DNA of 63,352 nt, the filler included, from Intoshia linei (lineage: Eukaryota > Animalia > Orthonectida): the NCBI GenBank assembly GCA_001642005.1. It is 6 parts of 6 records of this genome, joined end to end, with 100 filler letters (N's around TTAATTAATTAA, not from the genome) between each part and the next. Parts side by side here need not be neighbours in the genome. Positions count along the whole stretch, not along the records: positions 8,003 to 28,248 come from LWCA01000698.1; 5 more parts are not named here. One strand, written 5' to 3'. The translations under genes were made by a program, and so were the position numbers. Below the pieces are notes generated by a model. It did no database searches and had not been told where the DNA came from. It was given only the letters and a program-made list of their open reading frames with translations. Positions 11,859-25,800 of the stretch are shown piece by piece. Positions within the stretch are counted from its first letter, which is position 1. Each line of letters starts with the position of its first letter.

Positions 11859-13986
11859 ATGAGTAAATCCGATACAGTAGAAAAATGTTTGAGAATGGAC
11901 ACAGTACGTTATATTAAAAATTATAAATAAAAGTAGAATTACGACATAGATGAAAACGTAGCACGGTTCAGAAGAGATGCTGAGCCAATAATCGGTACTT
12001 CCAGAATAAACCCTGGAACAATCAATGACAAAGAGAGAATTATATGCAAGGATATGACTCACGGTACAATCAGTGTACGTACAGACACTGAAAATATATT
12101 AAAGCAAGATTTGTTGTCAGAGATTCAACAAATGGTGCAATCTTCAGGGTCCCAAATTACCATACAAAACAAAGCTAGAGAAGCGCCCCTAGGAAAATGT
12201 CGTAAAAATCCTGATTGGGATAAAAGTGTTTACAACATGACTATGGGAGTAGTTTCTGAAAGAGGTATATAATTCAAACATAAATACATTCCTGTCTTCA
12301 AGGCATTTCAGCGGGCGAATTGATTAATCCCAAAAATGAAATTATTGACATCGTTAAAGAAACTGTGAGGATTGATCCACCTAATTATCTATCCAAAGCA
12401 AATAATGAAAATGGGGTCGGCACATCTTTACATTGGGTTTATAATCATTATGATTGTGATGATACAAATATAGCAAATATTGTTTCAGCCAGAAAAAAAA
12501 AATTACCAGTGTAAATGAATAGTTTGAATCTATTAATTACTTTTAGTTCTCAAATAAATCATGAGACTAGTGGTATAGTCCGTCCGTATGATGAATACAA
12601 TAGCGGCGATTTAGTTCAATGTTACATTCAACCAAAGAGAAAAATAATAAATACAAAAATATTGAATTTAATTTCAGTATATACTGCATTACGTAAACGT
12701 CCCTTATTCTGTGTAGACTCAAATTGTTCAAATGAGCAGTATAAGAACAAAATAATTCAGTTATTACAACAATCCAATTCAGTAATTTTTCAGTTTTTAT
12801 AAAATGTACTTCTTTAAGGATAAAGTAACATCGACAGATTTGTTTAATATTTTTGTTAAATATGGAGCACATATACCTAAAAAAGTGTTTATCAAGGCCT
12901 GTTCACATTTTAAAGAATTTGATGCAATGGAATTTCTAGAGGATTTGTTTGGTAAGTGAAATAAATATAAGCTATCACCTTACCTTAATGTGTAAATTTA
13001 AATTAGATAATACTTATAACAAATTTTATGAGAACAACATTGATTTGTTTCACGAAAAAAAGACCTCGAAAGGTAACATTTATTTTAAAATTTTAGTTTC
13101 ATGTAGAAAATTCAAGATGCAACTGATCAAACTTTTGGAGTTCCAACAATTCGGTCAGATTTATCAATTCCAAATAGAAAAAGTATATCTGATACTACAA
13201 ATTATGGAAACGAGTCCAGTGTATCAGAGATCATAGGAGGGTCACAAAGAATTTGCGAGTCGGATTTAAATAGAATAATCAATAAGACTGAAGTAATAAC
13301 TGTCACAGAAAATTAGTGGTTTTCAACTAATTTTTACTTATTCCCCCCTTGAGCTATTATAGTTTTTTCACGCACCCTCATTATGTATTATAAATGTTTT
13401 AAAATTAGAAAGTATTTACTATTATGATTAATGAGAATTTTGAGCAGATTTATTCTTTGTTAATTCCAAATCGAGGTTGGGTAGAAGAAAGAGAAACGTA
13501 AATCGTCTTCGACATTTATCTGCTCATTTTTTATGTTTAGAAAGTAGAAAATCTTTCCAGAAAAGTAGAATTCTAATGTTTCTATTCATGTTTGCAATGT
13601 TTTCTAAGGGTATGAATGACACATTTTGGACCAACATTTTTTGATTGATTCTTCAGCATATGCATCTTTCGCTCGTGAATCTTAACACATTTTTAAATTT
13701 TGAATTTCCCACTTCAAATAGTAAAATTTCCCCTTATAGAATTCTCCCTGTTGAGAACTACTAGAGTAAAAATTGGTAGGAATCTGTTCTAATCACAAAT
13801 AAATAAATTTAGGCACATTTACTATTTAAACACGTTTATCCGAAATTAACCGACGCTGAATTTAATTATGCGTTCAACAAAGTATCTTTTTCTCTAAATA
13901 AAGATAAACAGACAGAAACAATACAAAAACATGCAATACTAAAAAATGTACACGAAGCTATAACTCTTTCTGATATTAAAAATTAA
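11859..13986 (+). CDS. EFHB: EF-hand domain-containing family member B (ciliary microtubule inner protein), divergent, multi-exon
   Basis: Spliced motifs FRRDAEPIIG..MTHG, REAPLGK..MTMG...SAGELINP, FGVPTIRSDLSIPNRKSISDTTNYGNE and a last exon (13813-13986) with KLTDAEFNYAF all match recalled EFHB motifs in the correct order. Start codon is tentative. Confidence 0.85.
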
Positions 13987-14334
13987 CATGTATGTGATGA
14001 AAATAAAATTTTTAAATTGACTCGTCTCTTATCTTAATTGTCTATGTTGTAATATTACAAAAAACGCCCTGTGAGGTTAAATATTTTATTATTTCACTCC
14101 AAATTTGGTATATGTCTTAATGGGTCATACATTAATCGTATCCATGTTTAAAATAAAACCATTGGCGCCAATTAAGAAAAAGAAAGAATAGAGCGCGAAA
14201 ACCTTAAAAAGGAAAACAGCTTACTTTTTTTACGGTAAATTTTTCTAAAAATATATTTTTTAGAAGGTTTTAAGTACCCTCTTCAGTGTGGTATAGGTTA
14301 TTTTCAACAAAAATCAATTTTTGTAAAAACGAAC

Positions 14335-14630
14335 AGCCCTAGTGTGTATAATAGTAAAAATAAAGTAAAAACAGTCCAATCCTACAAATTGTCATAAATA
14401 GCATAAATCCAGAAAAAATAAAATTATAAAAACCTATTTTGTTATTTTGAGTGTGATGATATATATTCAGTACCAATTTAATAAATACTTAAAAATACCA
14501 ATTATGTATCAATAATTAATAAAATCTTCACTTTATAAACATATTTCAAACGAATTTTACCAATATTACAAAGGATGGTAAATAATATATTATTAATAAT
14601 AACAAAGTTGTATTAGTTTTAGTAGTCGTT
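14335..14630 (+). repeat. Dispersed repeat (AAATTGTCATAAATAGCATAAAT.CCAGAAAAAATAAAATT module)
   Basis: Nearly identical to 34500-34985, where it is tandemly reiterated; diverged copies near 11050-11200 and 47640-47780(-). Confidence 0.75.
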
Positions 14631-15090
14631 GTAATTTTTATTTAAATTTTATTCAAAATATTTTGAAAATGATAATTTGAATATAAAAATCATAAAATTT
14701 TCAGACTTGAAGTAACTGACTAAAAGACTAAAATTAAAGTTAAATCGTTTTTGCATACTTGAAATTCAGACTCTGCAATAAATAACTCTACATTGCAGAG
14801 TTTCAATTAAATAACTTTTACTATGGCCATTTACTTTACTTTTATTAATTTGAGATTTAAATTTCACACATTTTAATAAATAAATAGAATATCATACTAA
14901 TAGTACAAGTAATTTATGCATATTAATTTACAAAATTAATTAAGAACACTAAACAGTCATGGTAGCACAATATCGCACTAGGAAATAACTACCAACGCAA
15001 CATTGAAGCAAAGTTGTCAATATAAACTACATTTCAAAGATATACTACTTTCTTTGCATTTCTATAATATAAACGAGTTAGACAGAAAAA

Positions 15091-16416
15091 ATGAATATAT
15101 ACGGCAAACTACCTATAAAGTATAATGGGAAAAATTTAGTTGATATGGATTATCCACGAGCAACAGATCTTTACAATCGATATGAAATTATAAAGAAAAT
15201 TGGTCAAGGAACGTTTGGGTATGAATTTTATAAAAAACATATTGGTTGAACCGATATGTATAGAGAAGTGTTCAAAGGAGTCATAAAAAAGAATCGAACA
15301 CCTGTAGCTTTAAAAAGACTAATAAACCGAAAAAACAGTGGTGGATTTCCAGTCACATCACTCAGAGAAATAAAAATACTCAAAACTCTAAACCACCAAG
15401 GAGTCATTGCATTATTGGATATTGTTTATTCAAAAAGTAATTTATTTAATCAACTATAAATTTATTTGTATATTTAGATGGTGACAGTTTGGATGTTTAT
15501 CTAGTATTTGAATTTGGTGATCATGATCTAGCTGGAATTTTGTCCAATAAATCTGTAGTTTTTTCTATTGGAGAGATTAAACATTTAATGATGCAACTAA
15601 CTGATGCCATTTTTTATATACACGTCAAAAAGGTGAATTATTTTAATTAATAATAATAATATTTACTAATGATGTGTTTATTCTTGTTTAGATGATTCAT
15701 AGAGACATGAAAACAAGCAATATTTTAGTGACTAATGAAGGGAAAATTAAAATTGCAGATTTTGGTTTGGCAAGGTTACTTGTTATTACCAATATATATA
15801 TTTTTTTAGAAGCCTTTCTCGAGAAGGTAGATACACTACAAAGGTTGTCACACTCTGGTATCGATCTCCCGAAATTTTGTTTGGTTTAAATTCCTATGAT
15901 CAAAAGGTGGATATTTGGTCAGTTGGCTGTATTATTGCAGAAATGTGGCTTCGATCTCCATTTCTTAAGGGTTCTTCAGAAATTGAACAAATTAATTGTA
16001 TAATTGATATGTTTGGATCTCCAACAGAAGAAAATTGGCCAGGTGTCACCAAATTACCAGAATTTGACATGGTCAAGTTTCCTAAAAAATTTACCAACAA
16101 TTTTAAAAATTTTATGAGTAAACATATTCATGATGTAGATTTGTTACATTATCTCAGTAAATTGTTAATTCTTGACCCAGTACAAAGGACAAATTCATAT
16201 GATGCTGTCAATGATTCTATATACTGGGTTGATCCTATGCCCGTCGATCCATCCACTACCATTAAGAATATTGGCCAGTCTCTTTTCGAATACACTATTA
16301 ATAAACCTACAACTGAAAATAAAACTTTTAAACGACCGGCTCCAACCTTACCAAAATCAAATAAAAAAGCTAGTGCAGCCTTTAGTTCTACGCAATATTT
16401 TGAACCAATTTATTGA
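15091..16416 (+). CDS. CDK9: Cyclin-dependent kinase 9 (P-TEFb kinase), 5 exons
   Basis: KIGQGTFG|[57 protein letters not shown] and the CDK9-type tail DPMP...SLFEY. Confidence 0.9.
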
Positions 16417-16851
16417 ATATAAATGCATGTATAAAATTTTGTATATAATTGTTAATAAATTAAAATTATTACTTACCAGAGTTGATTATAGCGTATAATA
16501 AATATAGATTAGTCATTTTCGTGCTGTAATTGTGAACAATTTTCATTAAACATACTTAGCTGATCGTTTTATTATAAATTTGAAAACGACCTGTAATGAT
16601 ATATTAATTATGTTGTCTCTCCACTAATATTTATCGCAATTTTGTTTTGTTTGTATGGTATCTGATGTAAATAGTGGGTATAATAAAATATAGAAACATG
16701 TACACAAATTTTACTCAACATTATAAAAGAATGTATTTTGTAAAAATTATTATTGTTTTATACACATTTTCAACAATTGGACTAACTCTCGGTCACAATA
16801 ATACAATTCCAAACCACTGTAACGCACCTTAAAATAAATGCACATTTTTAG

Positions 16852-19800
16852 CCTGCCGAAAAAATAAATTTGGCGCAAACTGTGATCAAGAATGTCATTG
16901 TTTAGATTGGAATCAATGTCATTCTGAAACTGGATACTGTTTAGATTACCAATGTGAGCGTGGTTATAGTAGCGCACCCCGTTGTCAAGATGGTAATTAC
17001 AGAATTATACAAATTGTACCTTTTCCTTTGTAATAAATTTTATTTAGAATGTATTAATCAAACCTTCGGTAGTAATTGCCAATATTTGTGTCATTGTAAT
17101 GCTTCAGCAAATTGTGATATTATTAATGGTTTATGTCCGAATAATTTATGCGATAAAGGATGGAGTGGAGCTGGGTGTCAGAAGCGTAATTATTATTTTT
17201 TTTTAAATATCTTTTCCTAGAATTACCGAAATTATCAAATAATCCTAAATTTCTACAACTCAATTGCAGTCACATAAAATTGGCATGGAATGCTTGGAAC
17301 AAATCTATTGATATTGGAGATTATGATATTTTTGGATACGGGTAAAATTTTAACTTTTTTTGTGTATGCTTACCTTTTTGACTGGATCATTGATTCTTTA
17401 ATTTACGCTTTGATTTTTTTACTCATATAATAACACCACTTAATATACACTGTATACATCAGTGGTTCCAGATTGGGGTACCTGGACCCCCTGGGTCTAA
17501 AACTACATGCCTTGGGGTCCATGAGATTCGGATAAAATATAAAAAAAATTTATCAACTTTTTGTAATTTTAGAATTTTGAATATTTATTTTGTGTTAGAT
17601 GTTGTGAATTTATTTTAAAGTTTATACGACAGCTACATTGTTTCAAAAATCCCACTATTAATTCAACCATTAATAAAATTTAATAAAGAATATTATTTAA
17701 AACCCCTTAGGAAAAAATCGACATTTACCGATATTTTTTTGAAAAATTCGATTTTAACAAATCTTATGAGCAACAACTTCTTAATCCTAAATTTACAACA
17801 TAAATTAAGGGGAAAATCCTTTTTTTCCAATATTTTTTTGAAAAATCCAATTTTACCAATCTAAATTAAGGGAAAAATCCGATTTTACCAAATCTTATGA
17901 CCAACAATTTTTAAATCAAAACCCACAATAAAAAATCAAATTTTACCTACACAAATTAAGGGGAAAAATCCTCTTTTTCCAAAATTTTTTTGAAAAATTC
18001 AATTTTACCTACCTAAATTAAGGGGAAAACCATCTTTTTCCACTATTTTTTTAAAAAATCCGATTTTACCATTTTAACATTTTTCAACCAATCATTAAAT
18101 TTAACAATTTAATTTTTAGAATAAATTTCTACGACAATCAAGGATATTTGTTGAGCACTGTTTTATATCAACAGAAATATGATAAATATATCAAAATATT
18201 TGATATAAAGAAATTAAATTCAACACATAAATATTTACGCTACAATATAAGAATATATGCTGATGATGATGGTAAATCTATACCAGGAATGTTTAGTCAA
18301 AGCATGACGTTAGAGAATTCAAAATGTGATAAAGGTTTCATTTGATTAATAATTATAATTATCATATATACTTAATAATGATGTAGTTATAATTTATAGT
18401 TTAAAATTTAATATTTTAGACAGTGATTTCTAACGTGGCGATAGCTCCCATATATGGCGTATGAACTACTTGGGGAAGATAGGAAAAATTTTTGCAAGAT
18501 TATCCCTATAAAAATTATTACGGATTCTTTAATAATTATAATTAAAAATAAGCAAAAAAAATTAATCTAATTTTGGGCATTATAATAATTTATTATATAA
18601 TAAAAGTCATATTAGGAGAATTTTTAGAATTTAGCAAAGTTTTTACTTGCAAGTATTTTTATATTTTTCATTTTATTTTAATTTTATTAGACTTGGTAGA
18701 AATAATTTTGCGCATCGAGCTTTTTCCTAAAAAAATTGTTTTCTTTTTTCTTAAAATAGAGATTTTAATCAAGTAAATTTAATAATTCACACTGTTAATA
18801 CAACTTGAAGTTTCATTTCATAAATACTAAATAAATTCATTCAAGTATGTGATTTATAAGGACGTTATAATATCAATTATAAAAATAAATTATTCTGAAA
18901 ATAAATCCCCAACATTAAAAAATCGTCCATGTTGCGAATCCCTGCTCTGAGTCTAGAAAGTTTACAAATTGATTGTAATTCAAACGGCGGTAACGTGTAT
19001 ACTTTTAGAAATAAAAATTGGAAATATAACTATAAAAAATGAAAACAATAATCTAACAATCAATTGGAATTACACTGGTCCAATTTACGCAAATCAAAAA
19101 TTTACCATACAATACATGTTTGAAAAAAATGCCTGCCTTTCGGAAAATCTTTCAGTAAATAATGATGTAATTGATAAAAGTGATGTTGCAATACTAAAAA
19201 TTTCATTTAATGAAAATACAGCAACTATTCCTCTAAACCAAAATCACTGGACAAAAATAATTGGAGAAATTATGATTAATCAAGTTTCCTTTAATTTTCA
19301 TAAATATTTTTATCAAGGTACTCATACATTATCTATTTTAAAAATTAATATAAACTACAATACATTTGTATTGTATTTGTATATTTGTATTATACTTGAA
19401 TATTAAGTTTGACTTTCTTTTAAAAACTTAAATGTCATCTCGTGTACCAATTGATCGACTCGTGGACACAATGGTGCTGCGGACGGGAGAGTACACTGCT
19501 CAATTTCGTTAAATTTTCTACAATATCAAAGTTATGGTAATGCCCAACAACATCAAACAAGATTGAGTTTATTTTATATTGGTAATTTTGACCGATATTA
19601 CCGCTTTATGTCTTTTACCGCAACGAGCAGTAACAAGTCCCCATTAAAAGAAAGCTTTATCCAATTTTATTTATTTTATTTTATTATTTCAAAATTTTAC
19701 ATTCATATTATTTTAATTTATATTTACAGACCCAAATAATTGGAATCCACATATTGAAGCCATCATAAAAACTAATAAAATTATAATCAAAATAAAAAAC

Positions 19801-22800
19801 GATTGTATTGAAGATTATGGATATTTTAAATTTTATGAATATCAAATATTTTCAAATGATAATTTATTTGAAATAGAAACAATAAAAAAAGAATTGAATG
19901 AATTTACAATTGAAAAGTTAAATTCATTTACGGATTATAAATTTACTATTCGAATTGTAACAGAAATGGGTAAAAGTCCATTTATAGTAAGGAATTATAA
20001 AACACTGAAAAAAGGTAATTTTATTTATTTTCTTAATTTTCATACCTAAACATAATTTATACAATAATTAGTTGCTGACCCTCCCACCAAATTTAAAGCA
20101 ATAGAAATAACCAATACAACCATTTTTTTAATGTGGGAATCAGCTAATACCAGCATTACATACTTTGATATAAACGTAAACAATCAATATAATACATTTG
20201 AAAAAAATTATGTGATAAAATATCCTACCAGAAAGATACAAATAGACAATTTGGGTAGATCCACCTTATATTTAATTAAAGTAATAATAATTATTAACTA
20301 CATTATTATAAATTATTAAATTGATTATTGATTTTTTTTGACCTTACTTATGCTTACATAAAATAAAATAGATAAAAATGTATATCTATTTATTTGTCTG
20401 TCTGTCTGTTTGTTCCAGCTTATTCAAGAAAGTAAGAGGAGTCGTAATTTTTTTTAAAAATAATAATATATTTCTATTACACTTTTTCGAAAGTTTTTGT
20501 TATCGCAAATTTCATTTTCAGAAATTGAGCCAATTGTCATTTTTTTAAATTCAAAATCGTCCTAGAATTATAAAAAATACACAATCTGATAAAAATTTTA
20601 AGTTCATCTACATTGTCATAATTTTCAATTTTAAAATTTTATACATTCACGGCCAAACCCCCAAATTATCCTTTTTTGTAAAAATTAAAAAAGTCCTAGA
20701 ATGGTAGACACATAAATTCTTGGATAGTTTTTAAAATCATAAACATTATCATAAATGGCAACCCAAAAAGATTATTTTTATTATTAAAATTACAGATTAC
20801 TTTTGTTTTAAATGAAATCAGTTTAAACCTAGAATTTAAAAAAAAATTACAGTTGATACATCCATATCCAGTTAATACGACGTCCAATCTCTGGAACGAC
20901 ATACATTTAAACGATATTCATATGAGCGATGTATTGTTGGACCGATATTTCATAGATAGAGCAACATAATCATCGCTTTTACTAATTTATCATATTATTT
21001 ATTTTTTCACGAAATTTTATGGGTTTCTTTATTCATATTTATTTATTATTTCTATTATCTTATATTCATAATTTTGAGACCAAAATTTTGTAAGGCCCTT
21101 AATTAATATTTATTCTATCATTTTTAAAAGATTTTGAAGATAATTTTGGGACCCATTTCTTTAAGATTTTAAGGGAATTTTTTTTTTTTTTTAGTAAATT
21201 TTTAAACAATTTGAAGATAATTTTGGGACTAAAATTTTGTAGGGGTTTTAAGAGAAGATTTTTTCAGTCCACTTTTTAAAATTTTGGAGAACCCATAAAA
21301 TGTTAAAAATATTCCCTTTAAACCCCTACAAAATTTTGGTCATTGTCATTAAAGAAACCACAAAAATATTTTTAGCACTTCTTAACTTAGAAAACTTACA
21401 AAACATAAACTAATATAGCTATTTCTAATTTCTATTATAAATAATGATAAACTGATTTTAATTTAGATTAGATGTATAAATGGCAAAATTACGGGGAAAT
21501 ATAATGAATTCCCATTAATCATAACAACTAAAGATGGTATACCGGAACCACCACGTCAATTAGAAATACGAAATTTTACTTCAGATTCTATTGCTTTTAA
21601 GTGGATTGGTCCATTAATCACAACAAATAATGTGACTAACTATAAAGTACTTCTAAAAGAAGCTAAATTTAATAAAAACGCTTCCAATGAAGGTAAATTA
21701 GCAATAGTCAAAAATGTATTGATAAAATCTGATCATAAAAATGAATATGAAATGAATTTCAATTATTTAAAACCGGAAACTAATTACATTTTAATAATTC
21801 AATCATCAACCAATTTAAGAGTTTTTGGTAAAGCTGCTTTATTAAACTGCTTCACCAAACCTCTTCCACCTCCAATACCACCATTATTAAAATTACTCAA
21901 AGTGACAACTGATATTATTAAAGTGCGAATGTTTTGTATAAAATCTAATGAAATTTGTGATACTAAAAATCTGGATAAATATTCAATAACTATGTCCAAA
22001 TCATCTCAAATTCAATTTAGAAAAAAAAAATCTATCCATATACTAAATTTAAAAAAACGACATATTGATGGTTTTCAAAAAGTGTATACAATTGAATCGA
22101 AATTGTCATTATCTAACCCAAATTCCACAATTTTAGATATTGTATTGGTGAATTATGGGGTGGTAATGAATTCCTCAAATAAATATACACGAGTGATTAA
22201 TTTAAATCATTTAGTGATTAGCGCAAATCAAACATATTTATTGAGACTTATCGCAGAAAAAACTTTCCAAAACGTATCAGTATCTACATTTGGAGAAGTA
22301 CTAGCCATACAAACCGATATTAACGATTTGAAAAAAAAAGTAATATCAGAATCTAATTATTCTACTTTAATAGCTATCCTCGTATCGTTGATTATATTGT
22401 GTATTTTGATAGTAATATTATTCTTCATTTACAAGTACAAACAACTCTTTTATAGAATATTATTAAAAAAAAATAACAAAAAGATTGATTGGACGGAAGT
22501 ATATATGAAAGATTATAAAACTGCGACCAACAATAAAAAAGTTGTAGTAGTCAAACCCAGAGTCGCCGAAGAATTACAAGAATATCGATATTTCCCAAAT
22601 AAAACTTTTGAAAAATCTAAAATAAACATTGGATCAATTAAAGACACCACCCAAGTTCAAATGGCCAGTGAATTTAATATTATTGAACAAAAACTTCAAA
22701 AACAATCCAATGTGTATAAAAAAATTGAAAATGAAGGCAGAAATCGTTTTAAACATATTGGACCATATGATGAAAATAGAGTAAAATTAAATTCAGACAT

Positions 22801-25800
22801 TTCATTAAAAGAACCATTTAATGATTACATAAACGCTAGTCACATTAATTTCAACACTAAATGCACAACAGGTGAAGGAGAACTGTTACCTAAAAAATAT
22901 TGTGATTATATTGTCGCCGTTTCACCATATTCGCAAGAAACTGTCGATATTTTTTGGGACATGATTGTATCTGAAAATATTTCTAAAATAATCTGCATGT
23001 GTAAATCTGTTGAAAATGATATTTTAAAATGTAAACAATATTGGCCCAGTTGTATTGGAAAGCGAGAATATTATGGGAGTAGCAAATCTTTTACTGTATT
23101 TTATAATTCAGTGAGTGAAAGGGCATATTATTGCTTACATCATTTATCAGTTTTAATTGATTATACTTCCATTAATGCTAAAAAGATATTAAATGGCTCC
23201 CTCGGTGCAAATAACGGATACGAAGTGAGAAATGTTACTATATATCAGTTTATCGATTGGCCGATTCATGGTGTACCAAAGTTTACATTTCCGATTCTAG
23301 ATTTTGTAAATAAATTCAATTTGGATCTTGTCAAATCGGAAAAATCTCAAGAAATTGATTTTAATCAAAAATTTACTGTTCTAGTTCATTGTGGAAATGG
23401 GGTATAATATCAATATTTTCAATTGGCAGTCCATTTAATGCCGTTATTTTAGGATTGTTTTAACATAATAAAAATGGAGTTTAAATTTTTATAAAACAAT
23501 TGCATAAAATTTAATTAACATAATACATATTTTATGACATACATAAAAAAATTAAATCGTCAATGTTGTTACTCGAAACAATTTCGGCGAAATAGAGGAA
23601 TACTTACCACATAAAAAATATCCAGTATATCCTGATATAATACTTTAAGTTTAATATATATTTTATCATGCCTTGGTCCTTCCTGTTAATACAATAAACT
23701 TTACCAAAAAAGATATGAAATATAGAGGGATTGTGGAATTATAAATACCAGCGGTTCTAAAACTGAAGTTCACGCATCTTAGGGAGTGAGTTTGAAATAT
23801 TGCCCAAAATGAAACTAAATTTTTACTAAGGTAATTGAAATGGTAGTTTCACGGTATAATCTTGACATGGAGAGTTCAGCTGTATAGATAAGTGGTTCCC
23901 GATTCAAATAGTGTACGGACCCAATTTTAAAATATTTATTTTTTTGGACATCAAACATGTAATATAAAACGTTTATGAAAAAATTAATGGTTATTTCTCA
24001 TAATATTTGATAAAATACTGTTTTTCAAAAAAATATTGGAAACAAAAGATAATTTTAATTAAGGGTTAGTAAAAATAGATTTTTTATTTTGGCTTTTGGA
24101 TTAGGAAGTTGTTTTTTATGGGGTTTTGAAAAAAATATTGGAAACAGGATATTTTCGTTAATCTTTGGTAAAATCATGTTTTTTAAAAAAATATTGGAAA
24201 AAGGGGATTTTTTATTTTGGGGTTTGATTAATTGGCTTTTTCAAAAAAAAATCGGTCAAAGTTGAATTTTCCCTGAGGGTTTCAAATTATGTTTTTTATT
24301 ACATTTTATTAATGGTGGCATAAAAAAGTCATTTTAGAAATAATAATGTAGCGGCCAATTAGGCTTCGGGATAAATTCCAAATATCTGGAAACTGTAGTA
24401 AATATTAAAAATTCTATAAAATTAAACAAAAGTTGATAATTTTTTTATTATATTTTATTGTATCTAACGGACCCCAAGGGCCAAGGTACCCCGATCGGGA
24501 ACTACTGGTATAGATGAAGTATTATTTTTTAAGAAAAAAAAAATTTATTAAAACTAAAAAAATAAAATCTGCAGCGTTTTCGAAACATATGTTTATTATT
24601 TGTGACATTTGAAAAAAGAGTAAATTAAATTTATTAATTAAGCTTGAGAGAAAATGATATATTCTATATAAATTAATGAAAAGATATAAGTATTTACAAA
24701 TAATTTGTATTTACGGTAACAAAATCATTAAATATTCCCAGGCTTATGATTACATGTTGAGCCATGACTGATTTGTGTACAAAAAATACAACTGTGATTT
24801 ACAGTTTGGGAATCATATTAAATTAGAAACTTGGTAGCGAAAAGTGGGGTTGAATAAAATAATAGAAACATTTGCTTGCTTTATACAAAAAAGTTTAAAA
24901 CCACTGGTATAGGCAATACTCTTTCTATGTATTTTTTATATTTAATTGAATATTTAGTGTCGATCTGGCGTATTCATCAGCCTGCATCATTTGATTAATG
25001 AATCTCGAATAGAAAACAACATTAGCGTATTTGAAACAGTGCATCGATTAAGATCTTTCAGACCATACATTGTAAGAACATTGAAACAGTATAGTTTCAT
25101 ATATTCGTGTATTTACGATTGGTTATTGACTACAAACTGTACATTTTTATCAAAAGAATCTGCATTACAAAATTATAAATTATTAAACTCAAAAATGCAA
25201 TCATCAAATTTAACATTTATAACAAATCAATATCTAAAATTAAAAAAAAATTCCAACTTAAATGAAAATATAAAATTGAATGATTCAATAATATCTAAAA
25301 ATAGATTCCAAAAAAACTATATTCCACTACAAGAACATTGCGTAAAAATTGATAAACCTAATAATTACATTAACGCCACATTTTTGGATGGGTACAATAA
25401 AAAAAATGAATACATTTTAACACAAACACCATTAAATAATACGATTCACGATTTCTGGTTCATGATTGACCAGTACAATATTTCTCGTATTGTTTTATTG
25501 GATGGAAATGATTTTGAAGATACAATTGCAAATTTTTATCCTTTGAATGTTGGTGACATGTTTATAAAAACTGAAATTCAAGATTCAAATTTACCAAATT
25601 TTACATTAACGCAAACCGAAATTTTCGGAGAAAAGGAAGAATATCAACAGATAGGTTTAGATTTGAAAAATTTAAATAATGGAAAAATATCAAAAATTAA
25701 ATTTTACAAGTTTAATCAATGGGAGAAATATAAAGAAATTCCAAATAGACGCGTTTTTTTAAATTTTATATCCAGACTTATTGATGAATATAAAAATACT

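Noticed and set aside
15330-15375. PVTSLRE cyclin-binding helix suggesting CDK10/CDK11
   Set aside because: [17 protein letters not shown] and the DPMP...FEY tail indicate CDK9; treated as ordinary divergence.
19430-19645. GC-richer intronic patch with weak inverted ends (ACTGCTC / GAGCAGT)
   Set aside because: No tRNA/snoRNA boxes or TSD that I can support; probably an old TE fragment.
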